40,546 bases of DNA from Planctomycetota bacterium (GCA_043801885.1 JAZDLP010000087.1:1-40546); one strand, 5' to 3'. Counted from the first letter of the stretch, positions 23,210 through 32,005 are shown. The notes: generated by a model from the sequence alone, not told the origin. Translations and numbers: made by a program.

Positions 23210-23995
23210 CTATTGGTACGTAACTCGATAGATAATCGTTACCGTTCCCGACGGTGTGCCGCCACCCGCCGCGACGAAATCCACATCGTTGGCGCCGACA
23301 TCGTATTTGAACAAACCGACCTGCGTTGTGGGAATGACCTTATTCGCCCAATCGTCCGAGCCGGCGAGTTGAATCGTCTGCGCGCCGGCGTCTACTTCCC
23401 AGAGTTGCGACGTTATATCGCCATTGTGTTGGATGTAATAGCCGTTGGTGTTATTCAAAAACTTGGGGCTTTTCGCGGTCCCGTTGAAACGCATAATCAT
23501 TTTTACTAGCGGCGCAGTACCGGTGTTATTCAGGTCAATCACGGTCGGCGTCGCGCTCACGCTCGTCGTCTGTGTGACTTGCGTGTCGGCATACCAGAAG
23601 GGTTCGGCGACCGCAAACGTCAGCGCGATGTTCGCCGCACCGATCTTCGAATAGGACTCCCGCTGTGGCTTGGCATTCTTGCACTTGGCGAGTAGGCGCA
23701 GGTATGTCGTGCCATCATCGAGTAGCACGCGTAACCATTGCTGCCCGGTGAATAGATTCTGCTTGAGCGTTGCCAGTTCGGTGTCGATCGTCAGATAGGA
23801 CGCACGCAGGATCATGTTGAAGGTGATCGCGTTGCCGATCTTGGGCGATTGTGCGGTTCCATCGGCGTCGTACGCGCCGCTCGCGCCAGGTACCTTGATG
23901 AGATTCGACTCGAATTCAGTTATGCCATCGTCGTAACTGCGGAAGTGGAAATTGGATGTGGCGAAATTGAAATTCCCAAAGTCGGTGAGGATCAC
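23210..23995 (-). CDS. distal tail protein (Dit)-like
   Basis: Lies immediately downstream of the tape measure with a 4-nt overlap. Size (261 aa) and position fit. No motif check was possible. Confidence 0.55.
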   Translation of the reverse strand: MILTDFGNFNFATSNFHFRSYDDGITEFESNLIKVPGASGAYDADGTAQSPKIGNAITFNMILRASYLTIDTELATLKQNLFTGQQWLRVLLDDGTTYLRLLAKCKNAKPQRESYSKIGAANIALTFAVAEPFWYADTQVTQTTSVSATPTVIDLNNTGTAPLVKMIMRFNGTAKSPKFLNNTNGYYIQHNGDITSQLWEVDAGAQTIQLAGSDDWANKVIPTTQVGLFKYDVGANDVDFVAAGGGTPSGTVTIIYRVTYQ

Positions 23996-26163
23996 AGTGC
24001 CATCCCATGTGCGCGCAGAGCCGTCACCACTTCGTTTGCTGTTTTTCGCGCTGATGTTGTTTCGTAGACATTGACGGTGATGCCGCCGACGTTGGTTGTT
24101 TTGCCCACCGGCGTGATCTGCACGCGTTCGGCTCCGCCCTCACCTACGCCGATCAGGGTCGGACGATTGACCATAAAGTCACCGCCACTCGCGTACCAGC
24201 CCGCGGGCTTGGCGAACGTAGACATATCACCTGGTACCCAACTGCCCATTCCAACGGCAGAGCGAATGCCCTGAAGTTGCAGGGCTTTGCCAATCAGATA
24301 ATCATACGCGCCGCCTTGCAGCGTTTTCATCGCGGCTGCCAGTTTTTCGTTTTCAGTACTTTCGTCCTTGAGGAATTGGATTTTCGTTGCGCTGGCTGTT
24401 TTCGCCGCCGTAACGTTATCGGCATACGCTAGGTTTTCCACGTCGCGCCGATGGTTGATGCCGCGTTCGGTTTCTGCGAGCGTGGCTTGCAATGCCGCGA
24501 GCTGCTTGGTCTGCGCGTCCTTCGTCGCCGTGACTTGCTCGGCTGCCGTGCGCCGCGCCTGCGCGATTTGCGCTTCTCCCGTCGCCTGCGCCTTCGCGAT
24601 CTGGTCTTGCATCCCCTGCGATGCGAGTTCTTGTGTGTGCGCGTATTGCTGATCCGTCTGCTGGCGACGGTAATCGAATTCTGCTGCTTGCTCTTGCTCG
24701 CGCTCGGCAATTGCCGCGAGCCGATCTGTTTTCTGCTGCGCGGCATCTGTGCGCTGTGCGCCCGATTCCTTCTTGAGTTTAGCGATCTGCTTATTGTAAT
24801 CCGAATTGATCTTCGCGGCTTCCTCTTGTGACTGTTGATCGAGAAAGCCCTTGCGCGTCAACGTCTCTGCTTCGGTGTAGACCTTGCCCTGATCGAGTTG
24901 CAGCATGCCGTATTTCTTGCGGACTTCTTCGAGCGCTGCCTGGCGCTGCTCTTCGATGCCAGTGGCTTTGTCTTGCTGGTCGGCGTCGATCTTGGTGAGC
25001 GACTTGGTCAGTTCGGTTGCCGCGGCAAGGCGGTCTTTGGCTTCTGAAGCCGCGCTTTTGGTGATGTCGCGATTCAGGGACTTGATATTCTCGGCGTAAC
25101 CGTAATAATCCTCACTCAGTTTTCGCGTGTTCGCCAGTTCAATGTCTTGAATCTGCTGGACTGTGTTCGACTGGATGTCGACGATCTTCTGACCAAGTTG
25201 TGTGTTGAGTTGGTTGATTTTCTCGGTCGTGTCCTGCTCGATCTTGATGCGGTCGATGCCCGATTTGCGCGTCGCCTCCGATTCGTCATAGGCGAGCGAC
25301 TTCAGTGTGCTTTTGTGCGCGGTAGCGAGGTCGTTCAGTTTCGCGGTGAGTGCGGTCTGCTCCTCGGAAACGCCGATGATGGACTTTTTGTAGAGGTCGG
25401 TCAGACGCGTGTTTTCGAGGATGGCAGGGGCTTCCTTAATTGCCGCGTTGTAGGCATCAACCTGCCGTTTGGTTTTTCCCGTAAGTGCTTGAGTAAATAA
25501 TTCCATAATGCGCGTGCGGTCTTTTTCTGCATCGCCGCCCGCGAGGGTTATCTTCGCAACCTCAAGTCCAACCACGCCAAAGCCGTACAAGAGACGCGTG
25601 GCTTGCCCCGCCGTGTCGCCTAGTTTCTCGATTTCATTCTTTGGCTTATTGGCAGGGTCGCCAATCTCTTTCAGCGATAGTGCAAAGTCGTGATTGGCTT
25701 TCGCAGCCGCCAGCGCGACGGACGCCTGATCGCGGGTTGCGCCAGAGAGTTGTGCTAGTCCCTCTGCTGCTTGATCGGTTTCCGCTAATCCATCGATAGA
25801 TTTTTTGAACGCATCGGTTTGTGGCGTGGCTGTATTGAGCGCATTGACGAGCGCGCTAATTCCCATTCCCGCCGCCGCAATTCCAACCCCCACACCGCCG
25901 CCAAACATGAACGATTCGCCCAATTGCGTGACCATGCCGGTTGCCTGCGAAATAGACCGGCCCATCTCGCCGGTCTTACCGATGGCAGAGGTCAGATAGA
26001 ACGCGGCTTCGCTGCCCGTCCGCATCCACTCGCGGCGATTCATTCCCAGAGCTTCGTTTGATCTGCCAGTCGCGCCAACGACTTTGTTCAAACCCTGTTC
26101 GGCTTGCTCAAAGCCATCGCCGGTTTTCTTGGTAATGATTTGGATTTCAATCGGATCAGGCAT
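23992..26163 (-). CDS. tail tape measure protein
   Basis: 723 aa, Ala/Gln/Lys/Glu-rich and coiled-coil-like, with a Gly-rich hydrophobic patch (FMFGGGVGVGIAAAGMGISAL). It follows the G/GT chaperone. Confidence 0.85.
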   Translation of the reverse strand: MPDPIEIQIITKKTGDGFEQAEQGLNKVVGATGRSNEALGMNRREWMRTGSEAAFYLTSAIGKTGEMGRSISQATGMVTQLGESFMFGGGVGVGIAAAGMGISALVNALNTATPQTDAFKKSIDGLAETDQAAEGLAQLSGATRDQASVALAAAKANHDFALSLKEIGDPANKPKNEIEKLGDTAGQATRLLYGFGVVGLEVAKITLAGGDAEKDRTRIMELFTQALTGKTKRQVDAYNAAIKEAPAILENTRLTDLYKKSIIGVSEEQTALTAKLNDLATAHKSTLKSLAYDESEATRKSGIDRIKIEQDTTEKINQLNTQLGQKIVDIQSNTVQQIQDIELANTRKLSEDYYGYAENIKSLNRDITKSAASEAKDRLAAATELTKSLTKIDADQQDKATGIEEQRQAALEEVRKKYGMLQLDQGKVYTEAETLTRKGFLDQQSQEEAAKINSDYNKQIAKLKKESGAQRTDAAQQKTDRLAAIAEREQEQAAEFDYRRQQTDQQYAHTQELASQGMQDQIAKAQATGEAQIAQARRTAAEQVTATKDAQTKQLAALQATLAETERGINHRRDVENLAYADNVTAAKTASATKIQFLKDESTENEKLAAAMKTLQGGAYDYLIGKALQLQGIRSAVGMGSWVPGDMSTFAKPAGWYASGGDFMVNRPTLIGVGEGGAERVQITPVGKTTNVGGITVNVYETTSARKTANEVVTALRAHGMAL

Positions 26164-26182
26164 TTTCTTTATCTCGAATCCG

Positions 26183-26191
26183 TGTTATAAT
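26183..26191 (+). promoter_or_regulatory. extended -10 promoter element (TGtTATAAT) for the antisense moron
   Basis: Read directly. AGGAGG lies 8 nt downstream and the ATG is at 26210. The -35 region is poor (TTTTCT). Confidence 0.5.
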
Positions 26192-26209
26192 TCTGCCAGG
26201 AGGTGTGTC

Positions 26210-26518
26210 ATGCCAGACGAATCTATCGAGCAAACCATTCTCCGCTATATCGAATCGGGCTATCGCGTGATCTGGAAAGACATGTACTCTGCCCAACTCG
26301 TCAAGTCCAAGCGGTTGCGGGGAGGCGTGGTAGCCACCCTTGCCCTGTTCATCTCTTTTTTCGCCGTGCTTGTGCTGCCGCTACAGACCACTCTGACTAT
26401 CGCCGCGCTTTCCCTATTCGTATTGCTTCTACTTGCTTTTGACTACCTCAATGCGCGAGATGCAACAGTCTATCTTTACCTCAGCGAAGACGGCACAGTG
26501 CAATCCATCACCCGCTAA
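26210..26518 (+). CDS. moron-like membrane protein (102 aa, 2 TM), antisense to the tail operon
   Basis: ATG follows AGGAGGTGTGTC. TM segments VVATLALFISFFAVLVLPL and LTIAALSLFVLLLLAF. It fills the gap between the GT stop (26515) and the tape-measure start (26163). Confidence 0.7.
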   Translation: MPDESIEQTILRYIESGYRVIWKDMYSAQLVKSKRLRGGVVATLALFISFFAVLVLPLQTTLTIAALSLFVLLLLAFDYLNARDATVYLYLSEDGTVQSITR

Positions 26519-27071
26519 TCTTCCTCTTCCTCGCGTGCCCACTCCATCGCTTTGAGATCCGCTGGCGTCAAGTCCTTTGCCCAGTCCTCAGACTGCGCCG
26601 CACGTTCGTGCGCCTTCCGCGAGTTGCGCGCGTTCTCACGCAAGAGCCAGCGCAGCCATGTCCGCACCGTCACGATCTGTGGCACGCGCTGCGGGTCAAG
26701 GTGGAACTGCTCCGCGTACTGAAACTCCAGTTCCCACCGCGGTAGCGTATCGCCCTCACGCCGCGCCCACGCCTTGAACGCGGCTACGCTCCCGCTACTA
26801 AAGGGGGCGCGTCGCTCTCTCCATCTTTTGGTGGCGACTTCATGTCAATCAGCGCGTCGAAGAGTTGCTTGCGCACCACGTCTAGTTCCTTCCGCTTGAT
26901 CGCGTCGATTTCCTTGCGCGTCCAGCTCTTCTTGTGGTCGACGTGATCGAGCAGAAACTGGCGGAAGTCGTCAACCGCGTAGGTATCGCCGAACAGTGTG
27001 TGGCTTTCGCCGAGCGTGAGTTCGTCAGGGTCGTATTCAACGATGACAAGCGCGGTCTGCGGTATTGCCAT
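26515..27071 (-). CDS. tail assembly chaperone GT-like fusion made by a -1 programmed frameshift
   Basis: Manual translation shows the -1 frame is open for 96 codons, from the slippery site to TAG at 26517..26515. It reads PFSSGSVAAFKAWARREGDTLPRWELEFQYAEQFHLDPQRVPQIVTVRTWLRWLLRENARNSRKAHERAAQSEDWAKDLTPADLKAMEWAREEEED. Confidence 0.7.
26784..27071 (-). CDS. tail assembly chaperone (G-like, zero-frame product)
   Basis: 95 aa, acidic, between the major tail and tape-measure genes. It contains the slippery site 5 codons before its stop. Confidence 0.75.
   Translation of the reverse strand: MAIPQTALVIVEYDPDELTLGESHTLFGDTYAVDDFRQFLLDHVDHKKSWTRKEIDAIKRKELDVVRKQLFDALIDMKSPPKDGESDAPPLVAGA
26799..26805 (-). 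promoter_or_regulatory. -1 ribosomal slippery heptamer C CCT TTA
   Basis: The minus strand reads GCG CCC CCT TTA GTA, so X XXY YYZ = C CCU UUA in the zero frame. Confidence 0.7.
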
Positions 27072-27090
27072 GTAGTCCTCCTCGTGAAAT

Positions 27091-27600
27091 TTACGATCCT
27101 GCGGTTAGGGCTGCCGTGCCCCACGCCGGTACTGTTCCGCCCATGACCTCGAACTCGGCGGAATAGTCCGTGCCGTTGACGGTGTATTTTGTGCAGGCGT
27201 AACCGACACCGTTCGCGCTTACGCGGGCAAGCCCGAACTGTGGCTCATTGGTTGTCCAGGCATGTCTCACCCCGAATCGAATGTCCAGCGTATGCGGCAA
27301 TCCGTCGCCGCAGATGGCGGACAAAACGCCGTGCGCTCCAGAGAGCGCGTGCGCCTCAGTTGTCGCCGGCGCGGTCACCGCCGCGCTATTGTCGAAGCGT
27401 CCCGCAATTTTGATCGGCGCGGATGGCTGACCGGTCAACGCGTTCTTGACCGCGTCTTGCCAGACGGTTACGTCCTTCGCCTCGAACGCCAGCCCTACGT
27501 CGCCAATCGAGGTAACGTTGATCTCGCGCAGCGCGTTCGCGCTGTCGCCAACGATCACATACACCCATTTTTCAATGCTACGTCCGGTTTGTGCTGCCAT
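27091..27600 (-). CDS. tail tube-like protein, short paralogue (169 aa)
   Basis: Lies directly upstream of the chaperone. It shares the W-x-DAVK-x-A...GQ-x-S...FDN-[ST]-A block with the next gene. Confidence 0.65.
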   Translation of the reverse strand: MAAQTGRSIEKWVYVIVGDSANALREINVTSIGDVGLAFEAKDVTVWQDAVKNALTGQPSAPIKIAGRFDNSAAVTAPATTEAHALSGAHGVLSAICGDGLPHTLDIRFGVRHAWTTNEPQFGLARVSANGVGYACTKYTVNGTDYSAEFEVMGGTVPAWGTAALTAGS

Positions 27601-27618
27601 TCTGTGCCTCCTGAAATG

Positions 27619-28395
27619 TTACCCGCGAATAAACGCGAGCGCGAAATTGCATCCCGTGATTGTTGAAAACGAAATTTGCCAACGCGTGAATTGCCGAATG
27701 GTTGCGGTTGTCGCCAGCGCGATAATCCCCGCACTCGGCACGGCGGTATGCGCGATTGCGCCACTCGTCAATCCACTGACATTAGCAAAAGAAACGTCCG
27801 TATTGGTGGCGGCATCTTGAACGGTGAGTGTTACCGATCCCGTGCCGGTGACAGAGAAAATCTGCCAACACATAAACCCACCCGCCGTTGACTGTGCCAC
27901 GTCATCTATGCCAATGGCGGAGTTGACTGCCGTCTCATTCCCCTTCGCGTGGAGTAACTTGCCCCAGGGCTTGGTATAATTGATTGCCGCCGCGATAGCG
28001 TCCACCTCGCCGAATGGAATCGACGCGACGATGATGTTGTTATCGACTTGCGCCTTGTAATCCAACTGCTCAAATTCGCCACAGTAGACCGGATCGCCTT
28101 GCGCCGGCGCGCCACGCACGCCCTGCGGAATCATCACCACGCGCTTGACGCCCGCGCCATTCATTACAGTATGCAAGCCGCTCGTCGCCGTATTGTCAAA
28201 AAAGCCATTGAACGTGCCGATGCCGAGCGACGCTTGCCCGATAGCGATCGCGGCTTTGACCGCGTCTGTCCACGCGGCGTCAACAGGCACAACGTGTTCC
28301 CATTTCAAGTCGCCTGTCTTGCGCGTGTGCCCGGACAAATCCACACCGTCCACGTAGAATCGCCGATCCTGCTCACGAATTCTACCCGTTGCCAT
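27619..28395 (-). CDS. tail tube-like protein, long paralogue (258 aa)
   Basis: Assigned by position. Its N-terminal ~70 aa resemble 27091..27600. Confidence 0.6.
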   Translation of the reverse strand: MATGRIREQDRRFYVDGVDLSGHTRKTGDLKWEHVVPVDAAWTDAVKAAIAIGQASLGIGTFNGFFDNTATSGLHTVMNGAGVKRVVMIPQGVRGAPAQGDPVYCGEFEQLDYKAQVDNNIIVASIPFGEVDAIAAAINYTKPWGKLLHAKGNETAVNSAIGIDDVAQSTAGGFMCWQIFSVTGTGSVTLTVQDAATNTDVSFANVSGLTSGAIAHTAVPSAGIIALATTATIRQFTRWQISFSTITGCNFALAFIRG

Positions 28396-28660
28396 CCGTC
28401 ACCTCGCTTTTATCCCAACTCTTTGTGTGAGTTGTTTTGACTGGCTGTGCTTTCGGCTTTGGCGCGTCACTTCCGAACACAGACGACCCGCCGCCGACCG
28501 CCGCACTCACCCGCGGTAACTTGATCGCGCCGACTGGCTCCGCTTGCTCGTTCGTCATCAACTCCTGCGCAACCCCATCGTCTACGTCGATCTCCTGTCC
28601 AATCCGCGCACTGAATCCATCTGACCGCGAGATGCTTACCAACATTCTTACAACCATCAT
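28382..28660 (-). CDS. hypothetical neck/tail protein (92 aa)
   Basis: ATG at 28660 is preceded by AGGTGAA. The C-terminus overlaps the next gene's start by 14 nt. Confidence 0.5.
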   Translation of the reverse strand: MMVVRMLVSISRSDGFSARIGQEIDVDDGVAQELMTNEQAEPVGAIKLPRVSAAVGGGSSVFGSDAPKPKAQPVKTTHTKSWDKSEVTDGNG

Positions 28661-28665
28661 TTCAC

Positions 28666-29112
28666 CTATCCCTGGAAGACATGACACTTGACCGGAATCT
28701 GCTCGATGAAGTACGCCGCGCCGCCCTCGAACTGAACATCAGTCGCGGTTGTGCGTCCCGCGAATTGCAGGTCATCCCATAATCCCGCCGCGCTCGTGTT
28801 GTCTTGCACTACATCCGCAATCGTCTTCTCGATTAGGTCGCGCTTGTCCTCTGCCTGTGCCTCTGTCCAGTTCGTGTCCTTCTGGATCACGAATGTCCAA
28901 ATGTCGAGATAGATCCACACGTCAAATGTTTGATCGCTTGGATTCTGTGTGCGTTCCGTTCCCGCGCTCGTGACAATCACCGCCGAAAGGGGCTTGCCAA
29001 AGTCGCCGACGAGATAGCCATAGGACTTGTCAACGGGCTTGCCCGTGCCGACAAGTGCGGTCGCCAGGAGTGCCGCGAGTCCATCGCGATAGGTTTCTCG
29101 ATTCACACTCAT
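28666..29112 (-). CDS. tail terminator / head-tail joining-like protein
   Basis: Assigned by position and size (148 aa) only. Confidence 0.45.
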   Translation of the reverse strand: MSVNRETYRDGLAALLATALVGTGKPVDKSYGYLVGDFGKPLSAVIVTSAGTERTQNPSDQTFDVWIYLDIWTFVIQKDTNWTEAQAEDKRDLIEKTIADVVQDNTSAAGLWDDLQFAGRTTATDVQFEGGAAYFIEQIPVKCHVFQG

Positions 29113-29600
29113 CGCGCGCCTTCCTCGAAATTCATTCGCGCAAACGCGCCGTGAAGTTGCAACGCGGCGCCATCGTAGGTGCGCGCGGCATCCGTTGTGT
29201 CAGCAAAATGACCGAGATAAATTACCTTGCCGTTGACCTTGATTTGAGCGCGCCACTTGCGGCGCGTGGAATCATACGACACGCCTTTAAGCCCGCTCGT
29301 ATTATTTTGGTACTTCCCGCGATTGCGCTGATTCTCGGCATGCGTAGCCAGTCGCAGGTTCGAACGCCGATGGTCAAGCGTGTCACCGGAAACATGATCG
29401 ACTTCCGTGCCAGCGGGCGCGTTCAGAATTTCGCGCGCCATCAGCACTCTCTTTCGATGCGGGTTCTTGCCTGTGCTCCGCACCGCGTAAAACCTACCAC
29501 TGCGAACCTTCATCGCGTACCATTTATGCGCGCTCAGCCGCTCATAGTCTTCGTTGTCAACGAGCGCGACCTGTCCTTGCGTAAGCTTGATTTGCTTCAT
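29109..29600 (-). CDS. HNH endonuclease with AP2 DNA-binding domain (free-standing homing endonuclease)
   Basis: VDHVSGDTLDHRRSNLRLATHAENQRN is an HNH_3-type motif. SGLKGVSYDSTRRKWRAQIKVNGKVIYLGHFADTTDAARTYDGAALQLHGAFARMNF is AP2-like. Confidence 0.85.
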   Translation of the reverse strand: MKQIKLTQGQVALVDNEDYERLSAHKWYAMKVRSGRFYAVRSTGKNPHRKRVLMAREILNAPAGTEVDHVSGDTLDHRRSNLRLATHAENQRNRGKYQNNTSGLKGVSYDSTRRKWRAQIKVNGKVIYLGHFADTTDAARTYDGAALQLHGAFARMNFEEGAR

Positions 29601-30091
29601 GTCAGTTTCAATCTCCTACTCACCATCCCGATATGCTCCGCAATGTCTTGCGGCAAACCGCGGACCGCCTTCTCCATCGTGTCGCGCACCATCACCCACC
29701 GATTGCGATGGATATTCGATTGCCGATTTCCGTACGCATCGCCGCCGATGTACTTCGCAATGGGCGAGCCGTGAATAAGCGAGTAGCCATCCTGTGCGCG
29801 CGATGGGCGCGGATTGCGCCGAATATACCATCCCTTTTCGTATGCGCCGGTACGCCGATAGGGAATGCCGGCACCGAATCCGTCACTGGCAAAGTATGCC
29901 CGCCGCTGCCGTTCGCTATCCCAGTTGACCGGATAGCGAATCGGCTTCCCTGCCGTTTTCATCAACGCCTGCGCTTTGAGCAGTGCCGCATAGATTCGCT
30001 GCGCTCCGATGGTCGGTATCTCGGCGTCAAGGTTTTCGAGGGCTTGTGCTTTCATCTGCGCGCCCTTGACTTGAATCGAGAGCGTGGTCAT
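29597..30091 (-). CDS. head-tail connector/neck protein (164 aa)
   Basis: Assigned by position; ATGA overlaps on both sides. Confidence 0.5.
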   Translation of the reverse strand: MTTLSIQVKGAQMKAQALENLDAEIPTIGAQRIYAALLKAQALMKTAGKPIRYPVNWDSERQRRAYFASDGFGAGIPYRRTGAYEKGWYIRRNPRPSRAQDGYSLIHGSPIAKYIGGDAYGNRQSNIHRNRWVMVRDTMEKAVRGLPQDIAEHIGMVSRRLKLT

Positions 30092-30417
30092 TTCAGACTT
30101 TCAACCGCGATTCGCAGGAAACCGCTTGAATCCCCCGCGTAACATTCCTTCAGTTGAAATTCCGCCTTTGTGATGACGCGTTGCTGCAAGTCGTTCGCGG
30201 CAGGGTCAAGCGGGGTCACGTAGAGCGAGGCGATATTCGTCGCCGGGTCGCCGCGTAGTCCACCGCTGATTGCCGGCGCGCGCTTGGTGCTGGCGGCTGT
30301 ATTCGCGTCTGTCACGAATGTTGACGATGCTCCCCATCCGCTCCACGCGCCGACGAAGCGAATCGGATATTGTGTTGAGCCGATCACCAGAATATCGCCA
30401 ACCAGAATATCAAGCAT
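30088..30417 (-). CDS. head-tail adaptor-like protein (109 aa)
   Basis: Assigned by position and size only. Confidence 0.45.
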   Translation of the reverse strand: MLDILVGDILVIGSTQYPIRFVGAWSGWGASSTFVTDANTAASTKRAPAISGGLRGDPATNIASLYVTPLDPAANDLQQRVITKAEFQLKECYAGDSSGFLRIAVESLK

Positions 30418-30845
30418 CAGCTCACTCGAATATATTTCACAGAATCCGTTGTCAGTTCCGAGCCGTCTTCCTCAACTAGCGTATTCCAATCGTGGTACGC
30501 ATCATCGCGCATTGAATCGATGCAGAACGAGCCCGTGCTTGCTTCGCCGTACTCGACCGCCAGCGCGTCTGCGAGTTTGAGGAAATTGTCTACCTGTGCG
30601 TTTGCCTCGGAGCGTCCGCCCATCGTCTTTTGACTGGCAATCATCGACCAGCGCGCGGCAATGCGCTTGCAGAGCCATACGGACGCCGCGCCAACCGATC
30701 CCTGCGCGGTGATCGCCGCGCCAACAGTCGCATCGGTTAGATTCGCCGCACCGGGTAGTACACCCGTGCCACTGACGGTATCTCCGATGTTGAAACGCGT
30801 TTTTGCTAGGTCGGTAGACAAATCATCTGCGAAAGTGAACGCCAT
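30417..30845 (-). CDS. head-tail connector-like protein (142 aa)
   Basis: Assigned by position and size only. Confidence 0.45.
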   Translation of the reverse strand: MAFTFADDLSTDLAKTRFNIGDTVSGTGVLPGAANLTDATVGAAITAQGSVGAASVWLCKRIAARWSMIASQKTMGGRSEANAQVDNFLKLADALAVEYGEASTGSFCIDSMRDDAYHDWNTLVEEDGSELTTDSVKYIRVS

Positions 30846-31066
30846 TATTTTTTGCCTTTATGGACTTGTTCTGCTATCGCTTCTAGCAGATTGGCAACGG
30901 CTTCGCATTGAGTCACGGCAGCCGCGAGCGGGTCGCGCTCGACCGATGCCGTGTCAATCCAGCGCGGCAGGGCAGAGAGATCGTACCGACTTTCCAGTAC
31001 CTTTGCCGCGTCAAGTGTTCGCGCGCGCGCTTGCGAGATTCGATTCGCGGCTTGTCGATTGTCCAT
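30845..31066 (-). CDS. hypothetical protein (73 aa)
   Basis: ATG at 31066 is preceded by AAAGGAATCATC. Confidence 0.45.
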   Translation of the reverse strand: MDNRQAANRISQARARTLDAAKVLESRYDLSALPRWIDTASVERDPLAAAVTQCEAVANLLEAIAEQVHKGKK

Positions 31067-31107
31067 GATGATTCCTTTGGGGCAAACTTGCGCTTGCCCC
31101 TCTTTTA

Positions 31108-31950
31108 CTACTTCGTGCCGATTGCGCACCAGTCCACTGCGACCGGCGTAGTTGCCGCCGTTATCGTAATCGGTTCAGACGCCCAAACCTTGAGTGTAAC
31201 AACCGCCGTCGCATTTGTCCAGGTGACCGATGCGCCGTCCGCCGTTGGATCGTTTGCCAATCCCGCCGTGACGTAGGATGGCGTCGCAAGCCCATGCACT
31301 ATCGTGCCCGTGCCGGTGATCGTATTCGTGCCACAGACTTGATAGAGTCCGCCGCTGATTTGCGGAGTTGCGGTAGCCACTGCCGGAATCGCTGTCGCCC
31401 AGAAAACGGGCGTACCCTGTACACTGACCGAGGTAGAGACTGCCAGGGTATTGATGTTGGCAATTACCGTCGGCGCAGTATAGGCATAAGTCGGCTGCGG
31501 TGTATTAAACGCGATGACCGGCGTGCCCGCAATCGACACGCTGGTAGTGAACACGCCCGTATTTCCTGTGATGCTGCCCGCGACCACCGCCGTGGCATTC
31601 GGCAGGTTGTTCATCGGCGTCGCAGTTGCTACCGCTGGAATTGGTGTCGCGGTTGCAACGGCGGGGATCGCCGTGCCCCAGAACACCGGCGTACCGTTGA
31701 TGCTCACCGCTGTCGCGACGACCGCGCCCTTGAACGTTACTGCCTGATTGAACGTCTCCGGACTATCGTGCCTGACCGGTTGCAAGCCGAGCGCGCCGAT
31801 CCCGCCTTGCGGTGCGGGCGCGAGCGCGCCATTGATGACCGCCACAATCGCGACCACCAGCACGACGAACGCAGAGAGAGCCGCGCGCCCGAATTCCTTC
31901 ATCGCCGCTTGCACCTTTGGATTGGCGAACCATTCTTTGAGTTTGTCCAT
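31108..31950 (-). CDS. repeat-containing protein with N-terminal hydrophobic anchor, encoded just after the capsid gene
   Basis: ATG at 31950 is preceded by GGAGAATGATAAA (alternative ATG at 31965). TM-like segment AALSAFVVLVVAIVAVING. Three ~45-aa modules contain GTPVFW(G/A)TAIPAVATATP. Confidence 0.65.
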   Translation of the reverse strand: MDKLKEWFANPKVQAAMKEFGRAALSAFVVLVVAIVAVINGALAPAPQGGIGALGLQPVRHDSPETFNQAVTFKGAVVATAVSINGTPVFWGTAIPAVATATPIPAVATATPMNNLPNATAVVAGSITGNTGVFTTSVSIAGTPVIAFNTPQPTYAYTAPTVIANINTLAVSTSVSVQGTPVFWATAIPAVATATPQISGGLYQVCGTNTITGTGTIVHGLATPSYVTAGLANDPTADGASVTWTNATAVVTLKVWASEPITITAATTPVAVDWCAIGTK

Positions 31951-32005
31951 TTTATCATTCTCCATAGAGGCGGATATTGCTACCCGCCTCTGATTGGTTT
32001 TACGC

